Origin: Podarcis cretensis
Taxonomy: Eukaryota
Reading direction: 5' to 3'
Assembly: GCA_951804945.1 (NCBI GenBank)
Contig: OX638159.1
Location: 22,754,001-22,818,000, forward strand
DNA: 64,000 nt
Positions 48,801-60,105 of the stretch are shown here, piece after piece. The notes beneath the pieces are model-generated. The model was given only the letters and a program-made list of their open reading frames with translations. It searched no databases and was not told the DNA's origin. How positions within the stretch are numbered: position 1 is the first letter of the stretch; the number at the start of each line of letters is the position of its first letter. The position numbers and the translations under genes were made by a program.

Positions 48801-51800
48801 CACAGAGCCACCCGCGTCCCTGGGAAGGAGTAGACTAACTCAAAGAGGTGCCAACAAGTGCACTTTAGGAGTCTCAATTGGGCACTGGCACTTGTGTCTC
48901 TACCTGCCCTGCAACTGAATGCAACTTCCTGTACATATTTTGGCAGGACCTCACTACAAAAGCTATAAAACTTCAGACATGGAATACAATAGCTAGCAAA
49001 GGGTTCCAAACTCTCACAATAATTAAAAAGACCATAGGTGATAGAGATTAAAAATTCTGTACACATCTATACCTGAACTCTGAGCATTTTCTCTCTCAGA
49101 GGCCGAAAGGGTTCATTAAAAAATGAAGATAAAAACACCAACAGCACAATTTATTTGATCTCATGGCCAGTCTAGGATTCCTGAGCAGTGGCTACTTTGA
49201 GTTTCTCTCTTATGACTGATGCCATGTAGCTTTAAAGCAAGAGTAAACTGTAATGTATCTCTTATTGATCTGTTTTAGTGATGGATCATATGAGCTACCT
49301 TGAATACGTCACGCTTGAAGATGAAAAGCAGGATACGAGTTCTTTAAACAAGGAAACTGCTGTCTTGACTAAAGCAACACAATATTGCTCAGCCACAGGT
49401 GAGTAACCACAAAGAGTTATTAGTTACCGTATTTTTCGCCCTATAGGACGCACCGGCCCATAGGACGCAGCTAGTTTTTGGGGAGGGAAATAAAGGAAAA
49501 AAATTTTATTCCCCCCCCCCCCCAGCCACGGATATCTGCCCGAAGCGCGGAGTGCTCTGCTTCAGCACATCAGTGAAAGCCTGCATTCGCCCCATAGGAC
49601 GCACACAGATTTCCCCTTCATTTTTGGAGGTGAAAAAGTGCGTCCTATAGGGCGAAAAATACGGTATTTATACAGAAGGTGCTCCTTGTTCAGTCAGGTC
49701 TACTTATTTGTTTCAAAAATGCATGTACAGTACATAAATAAAGGGCAGGAAATAAATACTAACCTCTGCTTCAGCAGCTTGGGACTGCAAGAGTTGTCTT
49801 ATACGTAGAATATCCTTTTCAATTTGTTGAATTCTAGCAACTCTCACCTTGGAAAAATGAAGTTCAGATACAGGTTTATAACCTTGTTGCCTACCCATCC
49901 ACAGCAATCAAACTTTTAAAAAGCCGCGTTACTATCAAAAGGTGCCTGTTTGTAAAGGATCTATGCTAGACAGAAAAGGGTTAATTCTCCCCTTCCCATG
50001 AAGGCTGATCCCCCACCTTTATGAAGCAATTAGGTTTCATAAAAGCCCCCACTAGTACCAAATGGGAGTGTTTCAAAAGCCTGCATGGGGAAGCAGGGCT
50101 AAGGAGGGAAGAGAGAATGAAGTGTGTGCATTGCAAGACAGTGAAAATGTATGGATGCATGTGCAAGGATGAAGGAGAAAGTGCACCCCCTCTGCTTTTG
50201 CTTCTGCCCCGCTCCCGGCATGCACCCCGCCCCATGAGTGAACATAGGTTCCTTACCCCTGCTACAGGCAGAGAAATATTATTTGGTGAGGCAGTCAGAA
50301 ATTTATGCACTATAGTTTTATGGAAGCTAACTAAGTTTACTGTTGGCACAGACACCCTTTCAAATTTTGTAAAACCTTGTTATATAATTACCTGTGCTCT
50401 CTTCTCCATGTCTTGGCAAGTGCCTAGCTGTTCTTCCATAGCAGCCCTGATCTGCCTTGCTTCATACTCCAATTGTCTTCTAGTCATATCTGTCTGCAAG
50501 GAGAACTAGAACCAAAATACATTCAGTTATGTTGCTGATAAACCATTCATATAATAACAATTAATTTAAAAATGAAGATCCTATGTCTATAATTTAGAAC
50601 ACCACCTCATTAATGTCTCTTGCCCAATATGACAAAGACTGCAACATTGGCAGAATGAGGCCATTCAAAAAAGAAAATCTTATAAAGATGTAAAAGGCAA
50701 TTAAAATATTTGCATGCATTTTGCTGACTTCTTAACTCCCTTCCCTAATGTAGTAAGATACCATCCCAATATCTGCAAGCTTGAAGGTCCCTTATTCATC
50801 TACTTTCCTTTTTGAAACTTCTTGGGATGTTGGAAGGACAGATACTGAAGAATACTAGTCAGGTAAGGAATCCTCTTCCCATTCACACAGTTTCTTTTTA
50901 GTCTCACCTGTCTTTAGGTTGTGGAATGTGGGAAGTATAAGAAGCTATACAGTCCATAGAGCCCCATCCTTTGATTGTTTTAATACTGAATACTTGAGAT
51001 ATATTAAGTTAAAATTTAAATGAAAAACAAGGATGCCTTGAGACCTTGCATACAAATTCAGCCTTTCACATTTTTATATTTTAGCTCCTGCCATGAAGGC
51101 TAGGAACTTTTTAAAAGTCAGATCTCAATAAACCAAGTATCATGTCACAATTCTTGGATATAGATGAAGCATACAGATTTAGAGAAAACACGTAACTCTG
51201 AACCCCTATAGCGGTGACTGCTCATCCACATACAACTGGCTAATTCCCCAACAAAGCATAACTAAGTCTATAATGCACACTAATTATTTTTGCAGTTTGG
51301 CATCAAGTTCCATTGTAAATCATTCCGAGAAGCAATTTTATTAATGCTAACATGAAGACTGCCAAATAAGCTAATGATACACTGCATAAGGCTGGAAAAA
51401 AGATCTAGACTAGACTCCTACGTGGAAGACAAGGGGGAAGAGGGACCAGGTAGCTTGATATTTCCCCCTTGTATGCTGATATTAGTCTAAAAGCAAACGG
51501 AAGCTGGTACTGGTATGGTTGTATAAATTCTCACTTTTACCCCATTCTCTTTAAGTATGTGTGGCCTTTTGCGCAGGAGTTAATTTTTAAAACACCAATG
51601 TTGCACAAGCAAAATGCTCCAATATGTGACCACAGTGGAGAAATTCTAATATGGACATGGATGGAAAAAATTACTATTATCCAATACAGAGGAATGGTGA
51701 TGGGAACTAATGGATGTAAAGCTAATTATTATTAATAATAAAGAAGTATGGTTTAACAAAGCGGAGTAGACTGAGTGCCTTAAATAGACCTTTTCTAAGG

Positions 51801-54800
51801 TAACCAGCAGACAGAGAATCAGAAGTTTCCCCCATCTTTATCCTTGGTGTTTCTTATCTGTGTGTTCTTTTCTCCCCCCCCCCCCCCATTTCTCTCTTTC
51901 TTGTCTTTTCAATTCTATCTGTTCTAGACATTATTTTATTGTATTGTGAAAACTTTAAGAAAAACTGATTAAGAAGAAAAATGGAGCTCGCAAAAGTGAT
52001 GTTTTCCCCGCCCCACTTTACAGCCTCTTGTGCTCTCTGAAAAGCATCTCCAAAGAAGTCAATCAAAAATCATGGATGTGTTGCTGAAGCTGGAGGAGTC
52101 AATTGCCTAAAAACGGGCAGAATAATTTTGCGCCTGTGGAGTCCAAAGATGCTTCCATCTGAACTGGGGCAATTCTGTCTTTTCACTGCAGCCCCATATG
52201 CCACAGCCCACAATGTTTGGTGGGACCCCACCCCACCTCTGCAAAAGATTTCTTGAGAGCTGCAGGGGAGACTGTGGTAAGGATTCATTTTGTGAGCTGC
52301 TTCCACTTGTGCAGTGTTGGGAATTGAATTTATATTGATTGTATTGGGCTGAATATGTCGCTACAATTACCACTTACGTTTTCAGTAAGAGGAAGACTAT
52401 CTATCCTCTTCGTCAGATTCTGAAGCTGAGCATAATACCAGTCCTTTTCTTTTTCCTCCTTTTCAAGCTCAGCTAGCAAGAGGGACCTATAAATGAAGAA
52501 GCAAATGTTAGTCATTAAATTCTGCCAGAAGTTGTCCAATTGCTGAAAAGGTAACAGGTGTAGAAAAACTGTCTCTTCAACATCAAGTTGAAAGAAATGC
52601 AACTTCTGTGCGTACAATGGTGAAATGGGTTGGAGAACATTGTCATTTTATGTAGGACATACAATAGCCGGGGGTGCCATAGCTTTTAGTCATAAATCAT
52701 CTCTGCTGTATTGTATCTAACAAGAAATGAAATGCTCAGGGTTTGACACAAATCTTCTGAGTCAAATTGCCTCCTGCTGAGCCAGTTCAACTAAAGTACA
52801 CATTTTAAATGGAATAACCAAATAAAGTTAATTGACTTTATAAATGTGCTTTCATAATTCTCAGTGTTCAATTTGCAGCCTTTATTAGAGGGAAAGCTAT
52901 ATGAAGCATACATAAAATCATTTCTATGGAGACAATTTTTTTAAAGGACTGCAATTGAAAAAAAAAAGAAAAGACCTTACTCAAATTTGTGGAAGAAAAA
53001 AATTAAGGGAAAAAACAACACAAATTGCTTTCCATTATGATTCCATGACCTCTGACTTCCTTTACACTTGTGCAAATATCTATCCAGAAGGCATTTCCTA
53101 CTTTTTTTTCTGAACACAAACAAAAAAGAAACTCAGAATAACACTAGCATAAATCCTTGACACAGTTGGAACACATTCCATGAAATGCCTTGACGAAGAG
53201 GAACGGCTTAACCTGGCACAAAAAATAAATCAATTCTGGAGTCAGGCAAGCATAATTCAGATGAGCATTCCATTGACAGGGGGCCACAACCGAGGAGGCC
53301 TTTGCCCCTTGATGCCACTCTCAGAACCTCTGTCAGAGGAGGCAGCTGGGCAAGGGCCTTGAGTTGTACCTTGTATTATATATTGTAGTATCTAATTATA
53401 AACCATCATAGAAATAACTATTAATGCAACAAGATCAACAGCAATGAATAACTTCAGTTGCCAAATATCTATGCTTCAACTGTTCAAGAAAAACAAAATC
53501 AAGTTTATAATTTAGAATCAATGTGGCATATGAGATAGTGTTAGCTTTGCATGAAATGAACCTAGATTAAAATCCTCACAGCGACTGGCTGACCCTAGCA
53601 AGCTATTATTACCCTAACCTCTTTCATTGGGTTGTGCGAATAAAATGGAAATACTCCATCTGTGCTCAAAATCTTTGGTGGAGGGGCAGAATATAAAATG
53701 TTACAAACTTTATGATTATTATATAGGTTGTCTCTTGGAATGATGTTTGTTCTTATCTTACACACTACATTATACTGTAAAGCGACACAGACACTAATAC
53801 TAAGAATTTTGTCTACTACTATAACCCATAGCCAACAAAGTACAAATACAGAATATGCCGAAATTCCTAGCTTGCATCCAAAGATTCCTGTGCGTAAGCA
53901 GAAGGTACTTTCATGGTTGCACAATGTCTGGTTCCCCTTGTCCTCCCTCTGCTGACCCCTGCATATCTGAAAAGCCACCCTTGAGGAATGGAGGACCATC
54001 CATAATGCTATATGACAATGTGTAAGAACATGCAACTATGAGAGAGATTTCAGTCAAGGGACCCCTCCTCACACACCTTCTGCTCATGCATGCTCACCCC
54101 TGGATCCAAGCCCTTGATAACCGCAATTAAGAATGAAACACGTCATTAACAACTAAAACATATGCATATTCTGAAATGCTCTCGTATAAGTTAATGAACT
54201 GTATGTATTAACATCCTATGGTCTATGGGGAGCAACTCTGAGTCTAGATTTCCAGCTAAACAGATTATTGGAAGGAAGAGGCGAGTGCCTACATAAGTCA
54301 CCTCTCCATGAATACCGATTAAGGAGAGAAACGTGGAGTTGATGTGCTTTCAGAATATCCTTCCCATCAAGCACACAGGTTGGCATAGGTAGCTTTTGTT
54401 CAATACAGAGATCTATGAGCAGAGCAGCAGATTGTGCTCATGCTGGTGGACAAATGAACCAGATGTTCTGCAAAGCACTAGTGAATATTTTGTTTCAACA
54501 TGCATTCCCAGACTTGTAGAAATGGAATCATGATTTCTTCAGAATTATCAGAATACCAGGCAAGACACAGGACTTGAAATATTTTGTCTTGTCCCCTACC
54601 CAAAGAAGAGAGGGGGACTTTTAAAATTGAAGTATTTTTCATAAAACACATAATATGATATAAAACATTACCTCTCTTTCTCCAGTTCTTCTAAATAACC
54701 AGTGCTCTCCCTGCTTCCATTCATAAAACCTCTTCGAGGAAACGATCCCATGGGAACAGGGCTGCACTCTCCTGATCGACTAGAAACTGACCCTTCCCGG

Positions 54801-57800
54801 CTTCCGTACGAACGCATGGATATCTTTGGCCTTAACTTCACTCCAGGGAAGTTATTGCTGTCCAAGTTCAATTCTGAATGGAAATAAAAAGTGCCAGATA
54901 TCTAACATATGTAAAAGCCATTTACATCTTAATTTTTCAAATGACCTTTTCTCCTCTTAATAGATGGAACAGGTAACAAATGCCCTAATAAATTCTAAAG
55001 TCAAAATGTTATAGTCAGAATTGGCAGAGATTATTATTAATCAACAAACAGGATAATCAAATGGTAGTCTATGAGTTAGATTCCCCCTCTACCCAAAACA
55101 ACTTCATCAGAAGCCTTGCAGCCCTATGAAATTTTAATCAAGGTGTAACTTTATCCTTATAACAAACTATTTTTAAAAAATTAAAGTTGCAAGAGAAAGG
55201 AGATATTGCAATGCCGTTGGCATGCCTGCTTCATAACTGTAAAGCCCATATTTTTAGGTAGCACCCACTTCAGGTATGAATGTTTAACAAGTTTATGTGG
55301 CCAAAAATACTTAAAGACCCATATGGTAGTCTCTGATCCAATATAAACAATTATTTACACTGACAACTTTTGTTTGGCAAATCTGGCTGTGTTTTTCCAA
55401 GTTTACCTTTAAGACGTTCCAGCAAATCAATCTGTCCAGATGAAGCCATTGCCTCATCTTCAATACTTCCTTGCAGCTGTTTCAGCACCTCCTAGAAAAT
55501 AAGAAGCAGTACACCACAGTAAGATACCAAAAAGTTACTATTCTGTAACATCTCCCACTCCAACAGCAATGTTTTTTCTAAACTAAACTTTTCTCCCTCA
55601 TCCTTGGCCAAAACTGGTTAGTTGCTTTTGCCGAAACTTTTAGTAAACAGTTTTACAATTAAGGGTTCAAAAAAGTACTTGAAATTTCAGTACTACTCAT
55701 GCGAATTATAAACAGAAGAGATTCACCCAAAATTGATTATAATTTTATTTTATTTGAAACAAATTATGGACCAGTAAACATTAGCAATACATCAGTGTAC
55801 AATAAAAACATAATACATAATACAGATGAAAAAACAGTTTTCCAAAAGAAATCTGATACTCCATGAGAGTCAACTTTTAACTGAGGAAAGCATGCAGAAA
55901 GGGGGAGCTTTTAGTATCTAGTGAAATATTGTAAGGTCAGAGCCTGTCTAACTTCAAAGGGCAGCATATTCCACAAGGCAGATGCGCCATTACACACAGG
56001 GGCGGATCTACTATGAAACTAATGAAGTTTAAGCTTCAGGGCTCCTAATCCCGGAGGGGCCCCAAAAGCAACATTAGTCCACATTGCTTTAAAAAATGGC
56101 TCTAGTAGACCCAATTTGAGTTGGACGACTCTCAACTAATTATTATTATTATTTGTATATAGTTCAACAATCCCAAAGTTTGAGAGTTAGTAGCACAGAT
56201 GTTGCAAAGGTATAGTGATCTCTTGTGGAACCACCCTATTGAAGAAGATAACCATGATTACGCAGACCTCGTTGCTGGTTGCGAAGGCGCCCCCACGACA
56301 GTTCAAGCTTCAGAAAAGCCCCCAAAATGTAGGTCCACAACTGACTACACTGAAGGACCTAGTCTTTGATTCTGTAGTGTTCAAATTTTACAATTGTATC
56401 TCACAGGACCTTGCCCACCCGGCTACTGCCTCCCAGCACACACTGAAAGTTGCTATTAAGGTTCAATGTATGCAGCCAGTGTATTATAAACTGGTTTATG
56501 AGCCCAATTCCTTGTTCTCTGGAAATTCTCTAAATTTGATTTTCCCCTCTATCTCTGTCTGAAAGTTCCTCTAACTTAACACCAAATCATCTGTCATCAT
56601 TTGCAGCAAGTGTATTTCTGATTAATTACTTAAACCCAGATTCATAGCTTCATTTTTTGTTGTGGTTAAGCTTGCTATTTGCACAAACAAGGTTTCAAAT
56701 TTCTCTCAAATAGGGCAAGAGCCACTACCCAGTTAGACCAGAAAACTTTTCTGATTTTATTTATGTGGGTATTGATCGTCCTCCATATTAGCAGTCCCTT
56801 TCGTGCCTTTTTGAGAGTGGTTGCTTCCTTTCGCCATTTTTATATTGGAAGCCTCCTCAGAGTCCTCAGTAAAACCACCTTCAATTTCCTCCCTAAGATC
56901 TAATTTTACAAGCTTACTTTTGGGTACATTAATGAGTCAGAAGTTGTGTAGCTTTAATCATATGCTTGCATATAACAACCACTCAAAGCAATTAAAGTCC
57001 TGTGGCAAGGAGAAACATTAAATTATGTCACCAGTTAGCGCCTCAGCAAGGGCTGCTCCTCCCTCTTAAGTCACCTCTTAAGATATGGTAGCCAATTTTT
57101 GCATGATGGTTCCCAAGATCAAGGAAAACGTTTTTTCCCATCTATGTTTGGATACAATTTGATGCCATTTTGAATCAAGATGGCAGACTGAACCTTTCAA
57201 AACTTCACAGATTTTTGGGTTTCTTAGAAATCCTGAGCAATGTCAGGTACAAGGCTATTAGTGTGCCTGTATACACAAACAGTACAATTTGCAATATCTA
57301 TATTAAAAGTGAATGGGTAATAAAACAGTATTAAGAACAAAAGAACATAACAAACGGAAGACGGGTGTATGATGGATTAAGAGAGTCCATTAAGCTTTCA
57401 GGCCCTTAATGCTCAATGGCCTATATTCAGGTAGACTGCTAGATAAGATGTTTGGAAGATTTTCTATTTATAATAGAAGCTCTACCAATAAGTAAAACAA
57501 ATTGAAAAGCATGGCTACAGGGCAAAAAGTTCACAGGATTCAAAACTTATTTGACCTAGCTTTCTGCTTTCAGAAGAACGAGTAGATACAATGAATCCAT
57601 GAACAAATAATTAAAGAAATACCCCTCAGCTATTTCCTTCATGGAGGATCACCCATCTATGGAATGCTTCTGTTTAGAATTAGAAATGAAGTTCTTAAAC
57701 AAAGCAAAAAATCTCTGCATGTCTTATCCACAATGGTTATTACTGTTTTGTATGGTTATTTTTCAGAAAGTGCCCAACTGATGTTTCTGAATGCTTTCAC

Positions 57801-58578
57801 AGTGCAATATATAAAGCAGAAATGTGGTATATTTTCTGCTTTTGGAAGGAAAGCAGAAAACTAATTCATGCATACTAGAATCCAAAATATTGTTTTGTGA
57901 ATTATATTAAAAGTTCTAAAAGCATAATTATTATTCTTGCACACAAAGAAAAAGTACACTGGCCTTTTATAGACACACAAAAAGATGGATGGGAAGAAAT
58001 CACTAAGCATGAAAAACTAAGGGAAAACGTGGGTGCAATGAATGTAAATTGTTAAGTAACCAAAACATCATTTCTGATCATGGACATGTCTCTTAAAGCA
58101 TAAGACTTAACTTCCAATTTCCCAGCTCCGTGAAACTTGAGCCAAAAATGATAGCCTTAAAATACTGCTCTTAAATAAATAAATAAAATTATTTGACTAC
58201 AGATATCATGCAACCATATTCAGGATGTATCCTACGCGATTCCTCTACAATGCATTGTTCTCCTGCAGAAGATGAGCATTGACTTGAACTTTTGTAAGAA
58301 ATAGTGCAGTACAGATATTTTTAATGATAAATAAATTGTATTCTAGAAGGGAGGAGACAATAATATCAATGCACAAGGTGACTTATATAGGATATATTTG
58401 TGGGACAATTCAAATTTTTACTAAAGTCAAATGATCTTTATACCTTCATATTGGATGCTTCTGTTTCCAGTTTTGTAAGATGATTTGAATTATCTTCCAG
58501 TTCTTGTCGAAGATTTGAGTTCTCCATTTTTAATGCCTCTACTTGTTTTAACAGCTGATCATATGACACTGCAGCCAT
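24321..58578 (-). CDS. APC: Adenomatous polyposis coli protein; whole spliced CDS span, 15 coding exons, 8535 nt = 2844 aa + stop
   Basis: Exons 1-14 measure 135,85,202,109,114,84,105,99,379,96,140,78,117,215 nt (sum 1958), matching the human APC exon pattern, plus a 6577-nt terminal exon. All junctions are GT-AG and in frame. The protein starts MAAVSYDQLLKQVEALKMENSNLRQELEDNS and ends GSYLVTSV. Confidence 0.99.
32091..32305 (-). CDS. APC: APC coding exon 14 (armadillo)
   Basis: tgcag|ESTLKSVLSALWNLSAHCTENKADICAVDGALAFLVGTLTYRSQTNTLAIIESGGGILRNVSSLIATNEDH(R)|gtaagt; 215 nt. Confidence 0.98.
32786..32902 (-). CDS. APC: APC coding exon 13 (armadillo)
   Basis: tgcag|VIASVLRNLSWRADVNSKKTLREVGSVKALMECALEVKK|gttacc; 117 nt. 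Confidence 0.98.
33643..33720 (-). CDS. APC: APC coding exon 12 (armadillo)
   Basis: atcag|ATLCSMKGCMRALVAQLKSESEDLQQ|gtaaat; 78 nt. Confidence 0.98.
34130..34460 (-). mobile_element. L2 LINE fragment in APC intron 11
   Basis: LAMVIHALVHSRLNYSNLFYVRLPLKIVQILQFIQNGA, degenerate L2 ORF2 motif (HALVTSRLDYCN..LQLVQNAAAR). Confidence 0.75.
34832..34971 (-). CDS. APC: APC coding exon 11 (armadillo)
   Basis: tatag|GLQAIAELLQVDCEMYGLTNDHYSVTLRRYAGMALTNLTFGDVANK|gtaagt; 140 nt. Confidence 0.98.
35049..35289. mobile_element. Tc1/mariner-pogo MITE in APC intron 10
   Basis: TA|CAGTGGTACCTCAGTTTA ... TAAACTGAGGTACCACTG|TA, 18-bp perfect TIR. Confidence 0.9.
35670..36007. mobile_element. CpG-rich Tc1/mariner-pogo MITE in APC intron 10
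   Basis: TA|CAGTGGTGCCTCGCAAGACG ... CGTCTTGCGAGACACCACTG|TA (19/20 TIR); internal CGCAAGACGAA/CGCTAGACGAA repeats. Confidence 0.9.
36287..36382 (-). CDS. APC: APC coding exon 10 (armadillo region)
   Basis: gacaag|(M)PAPVDHQICPAVCVLMKLSFDEEHRHAMNEL|gtaaga; 96 nt. Confidence 0.97.
36571..36655. repeat. 43-bp tandem duplication in APC intron 9
   Basis: gacttcaaagcaacaacaaagcatacgaggtgattgacagatt followed by a copy with about 3 substitutions. Confidence 0.85.
37412..37790 (-). CDS. APC: APC coding exon 9
   Basis: tgcag|VEMVYSLLSMLGTHDKDDMSRTLLAMSSSQDSC...EAHDQGMDQDKNP|gtatgt; 379 nt. Confidence 0.98.
38705..38803 (-). CDS. APC: APC coding exon 8
   Basis: cttag|GSAARMDHETSSVMSSSSSYSVPRRLTNHLGTK|gtaacc; 99 nt. 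Confidence 0.97.
43652..43756 (-). CDS. APC: APC coding exon 7
   Basis: gacag|RTPPSKHDAGSHEAERQNEGQGAAEISVATAGSSQ|gtaaag; 105 nt. Confidence 0.96.
44789..44870. mobile_element. 82-bp internally deleted copy of the 61048 MITE family
   Basis: TA|CAGTGGTACCTC ... AAGGTACCACTG|TA; internal sequence matches both ends of the 61048-61273 copy. Confidence 0.88.
44905..45115 (+). mobile_element. CR1 LINE 3' fragment
   Basis: AGAACTCAGGG...GGAAGTACTTATTCACACAG..TTATGGAATTCACTTCC..GATGGCTACCAACTTGGATGG, typical CR1 3' end. Confidence 0.65.
45371..45411. repeat. (AAAT)n microsatellite
   Basis: About 10 perfect AAAT units. Confidence 0.95.
45798..45845. repeat. (AAT)n microsatellite
   Basis: About 16 perfect AAT units. 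Confidence 0.95.
45960..46225 (-). mobile_element. CR1 LINE 3' fragment
   Basis: Reverse-complement similarity to the 44905 fragment (ccttatcctccatgaattt..ccctttgaaagcca..ttaactatgtgctgt). Confidence 0.55.
48482..48820 (-). mobile_element. Sauria SINE, near full length, in APC intron 6
   Basis: 5' GGGACGCGGGTGGC, tRNA-like B-box GTTCGAATCC-type motif, (TTTACC)n tail; perfect 12-bp TSD tgggaaggagta at 48470-48481 and 48821-48832. Confidence 0.92.
49427..49664. mobile_element. pogo/Tc2-like MITE with 27-bp perfect TIRs
   Basis: TA|CCGTATTTTTCGCCCTATAGGACGCAC ... GTGCGTCCTATAGGGCGAAAAATACGG|TA; internal CCCATAGGACGCA repeats. Confidence 0.92.
49764..49847 (-). CDS. APC: APC coding exon 6
   Basis: ttccaag|VRVARIQQIEKDILRIRQLLQSQAAEAE|gttagt; 84 nt. 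Confidence 0.97.
50392..50505 (-). CDS. APC: APC coding exon 5
   Basis: tctag|FSLQTDMTRRQLEYEARQIRAAMEEQLGTCQDMEKRAQ|gtaatt; 114 nt. Confidence 0.98.
52378..52486 (-). CDS. APC: APC coding exon 4
   Basis: tatag|SLLLAELEKEEKEKDWYYAQLQNLTKRIDSLPLTEN|gtaagt; 109 nt. Confidence 0.98.
54672..54873 (-). CDS. APC: APC coding exon 3
   Basis: ttcag|..LNLDSNNFPGVKLRPKISMRSYGSREGSVSSRSGECSPVPMGSFPRRGFMNGSRESTGYLEELEKER|gtaatg; 202 nt. Confidence 0.98.
55407..55491 (-). CDS. APC: APC coding exon 2
   Basis: ttctag|EVLKQLQGSIEDEAMASSGQIDLLERLK|gtaaac; 85 nt. Confidence 0.98.
55997..56343. mobile_element. hAT-type MITE in APC intron 1
   Basis: CAGGGGCGGATCTAC ... GTAGGTCCACAACTG inverted ends; TSD attacaca/actacact. 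Confidence 0.65.
58444..58578 (-). CDS. APC: APC coding exon 1 (oligomerisation coiled coil); the exon starts at 58596 with 18 nt of 5'UTR
   Basis: ATG at 58578, MAAVSYDQLLKQVEALKMENSNLRQELEDNSNHLTKLETEASNMK|gta; upstream acceptor gtag|GTCCTGGGGTAGCCCAGA-ATG. Confidence 0.98.
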
Positions 58579-59745
58579 TCTGGGCTACCCCAGGACCTAC
58601 GGCAGAACAAGAAGAAATATTTGTTTTGGTTCATTTGTACCCCAAAATGTATTGTGAACTTTGAATGTTGACTTTTCAGAGAAATAATTAGAACATGCTA
58701 TTTCATTTCCCAGCTGAATATAGTATTTTTTGTAACTCGTGGAAGATTTTTAAACTGAACATATAATCACATAAACCACTTTAAACTTGGCTACCCTATT
58801 CACTTATTTCTAAACCTTAAGAAGCTTTGTTTAGTGACATGAAAAATGCTTTCTACGAGGAAGTTCTAATTGAAGTCAATACGAATTATAGGAGTTCTGC
58901 TGCTTTCCCAGCCTTTGTGTGCGCGCGCACACACACACAGCAATACAAAATTACATTTTGATTGGTTCCAAATCATGATAAATGCATTGCCACAAAGGTT
59001 AAGTAGTAAGTTGGACCTTATTTTCAATGCTAAAGCCCAAATGCAGAGAACCTTGTAGCATGCGTTTCCTCATTGCCATTTGGTTTCCAGTTTACTGACG
59101 CTCCCCAAACTGGATCACAATGCAATGCAGTGTGGGAGATGGCTAGTGTCAGGGACTGGCAGGGCTCCAAGAAGTGGGTGGAAGAGATGGTGGGGCCAGA
59201 GGCTGATCCAGGAGAAAGGGGTGGCTATTTATGGCTTTTTGTGCTTCCTGCAAGACAGGAGCGGGAGCCAGAGGATGAGGAGGGGTCTGCACCAAGAGCT
59301 GAGGGAGAGATAGTGCCTGAAGGAAGCTGGGGCAGAATCCCCTTCCCCACTGTCACTGGGATCAGGAGGGTCTTGAAGAGGCAGGCACAGGGACAACTTC
59401 TGTGTAGAAGTTGCAGGTTGCTTACCCTTGTGCTACCTGGCAAGAGTACTTAAGCTTGGGTGTAGGCATGGCCACCCATTACTCCAACAGTCCAGCTCAG
59501 AGCACAAGCCCAGGGGCACCAGCCACCTGGCCACCAGAAGCACATGTGTGTGCGTGTTTAGTACGCCTCATAAGCTCCTGTAAGTTCATGCTTTCTCAAT
59601 ACAGAATTAAACTACCACCCATTTGTCCTCCTTGGGCTGGGTGTGCTCAGGACAGCTAGTAGGCGCAGCGGAAAGAGTAAGAAGTCCTATTGCTGACCTC
59701 AGAAATGCCTAGAAGAATTATCACACTATTACGTCCAAAATTGTA

Positions 59746-60105
59746 AGGTAAAGGTAAAGGTACCCCTGCCCATACGGGCCATTCTTGACAGACTCTAGGG
59801 TTGTGCGCTCATCTCACTCTATAGGCCGGGAGCCAGCACTGTCCGCAGACACTTCCGGGTCACGTGGCCTATATGACAAAGCTGCTCTGGTGAGCCAGCG
59901 CAGCACACGGAATGCCGTTTACCTTCCCGCTAGTAAGCGGTCCCTATTTATCTACTTGCACCCGGGGGTGCTTTCCAACTGCTAGGTTGGCAGGCGCTGG
60001 GACCGAGCAGCAGGAGCGCACCCCGCCGCGGGGATTCGAACCGCCGACCATGCGATCGGCAAGTCCTAGGCGCTGAGGTTTTACCCACAGTGCCACCCGC
60101 ATCCC
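59746..60105 (-). mobile_element. Sauria SINE (second subfamily)
   Basis: GGGATGCGGGTGGC 5' end, GGTTCGAATCC box, (TTTACC)n tail, TSD aaattgta at 59738-59745 and 60108-60115. Confidence 0.92.

Noticed and set aside
50021-50509. 162-aa plus-strand ORF overlapping APC exon 5
   Set aside because: Made of antisense exon sequence plus an old repeat; no homology signal
59140-59440. Purine-rich segment starting TGTCAGGGACTGG, possibly an LTR fragment
   Set aside because: No matching end, TSD or poly(A) signal identified; not supportable without a repeat library
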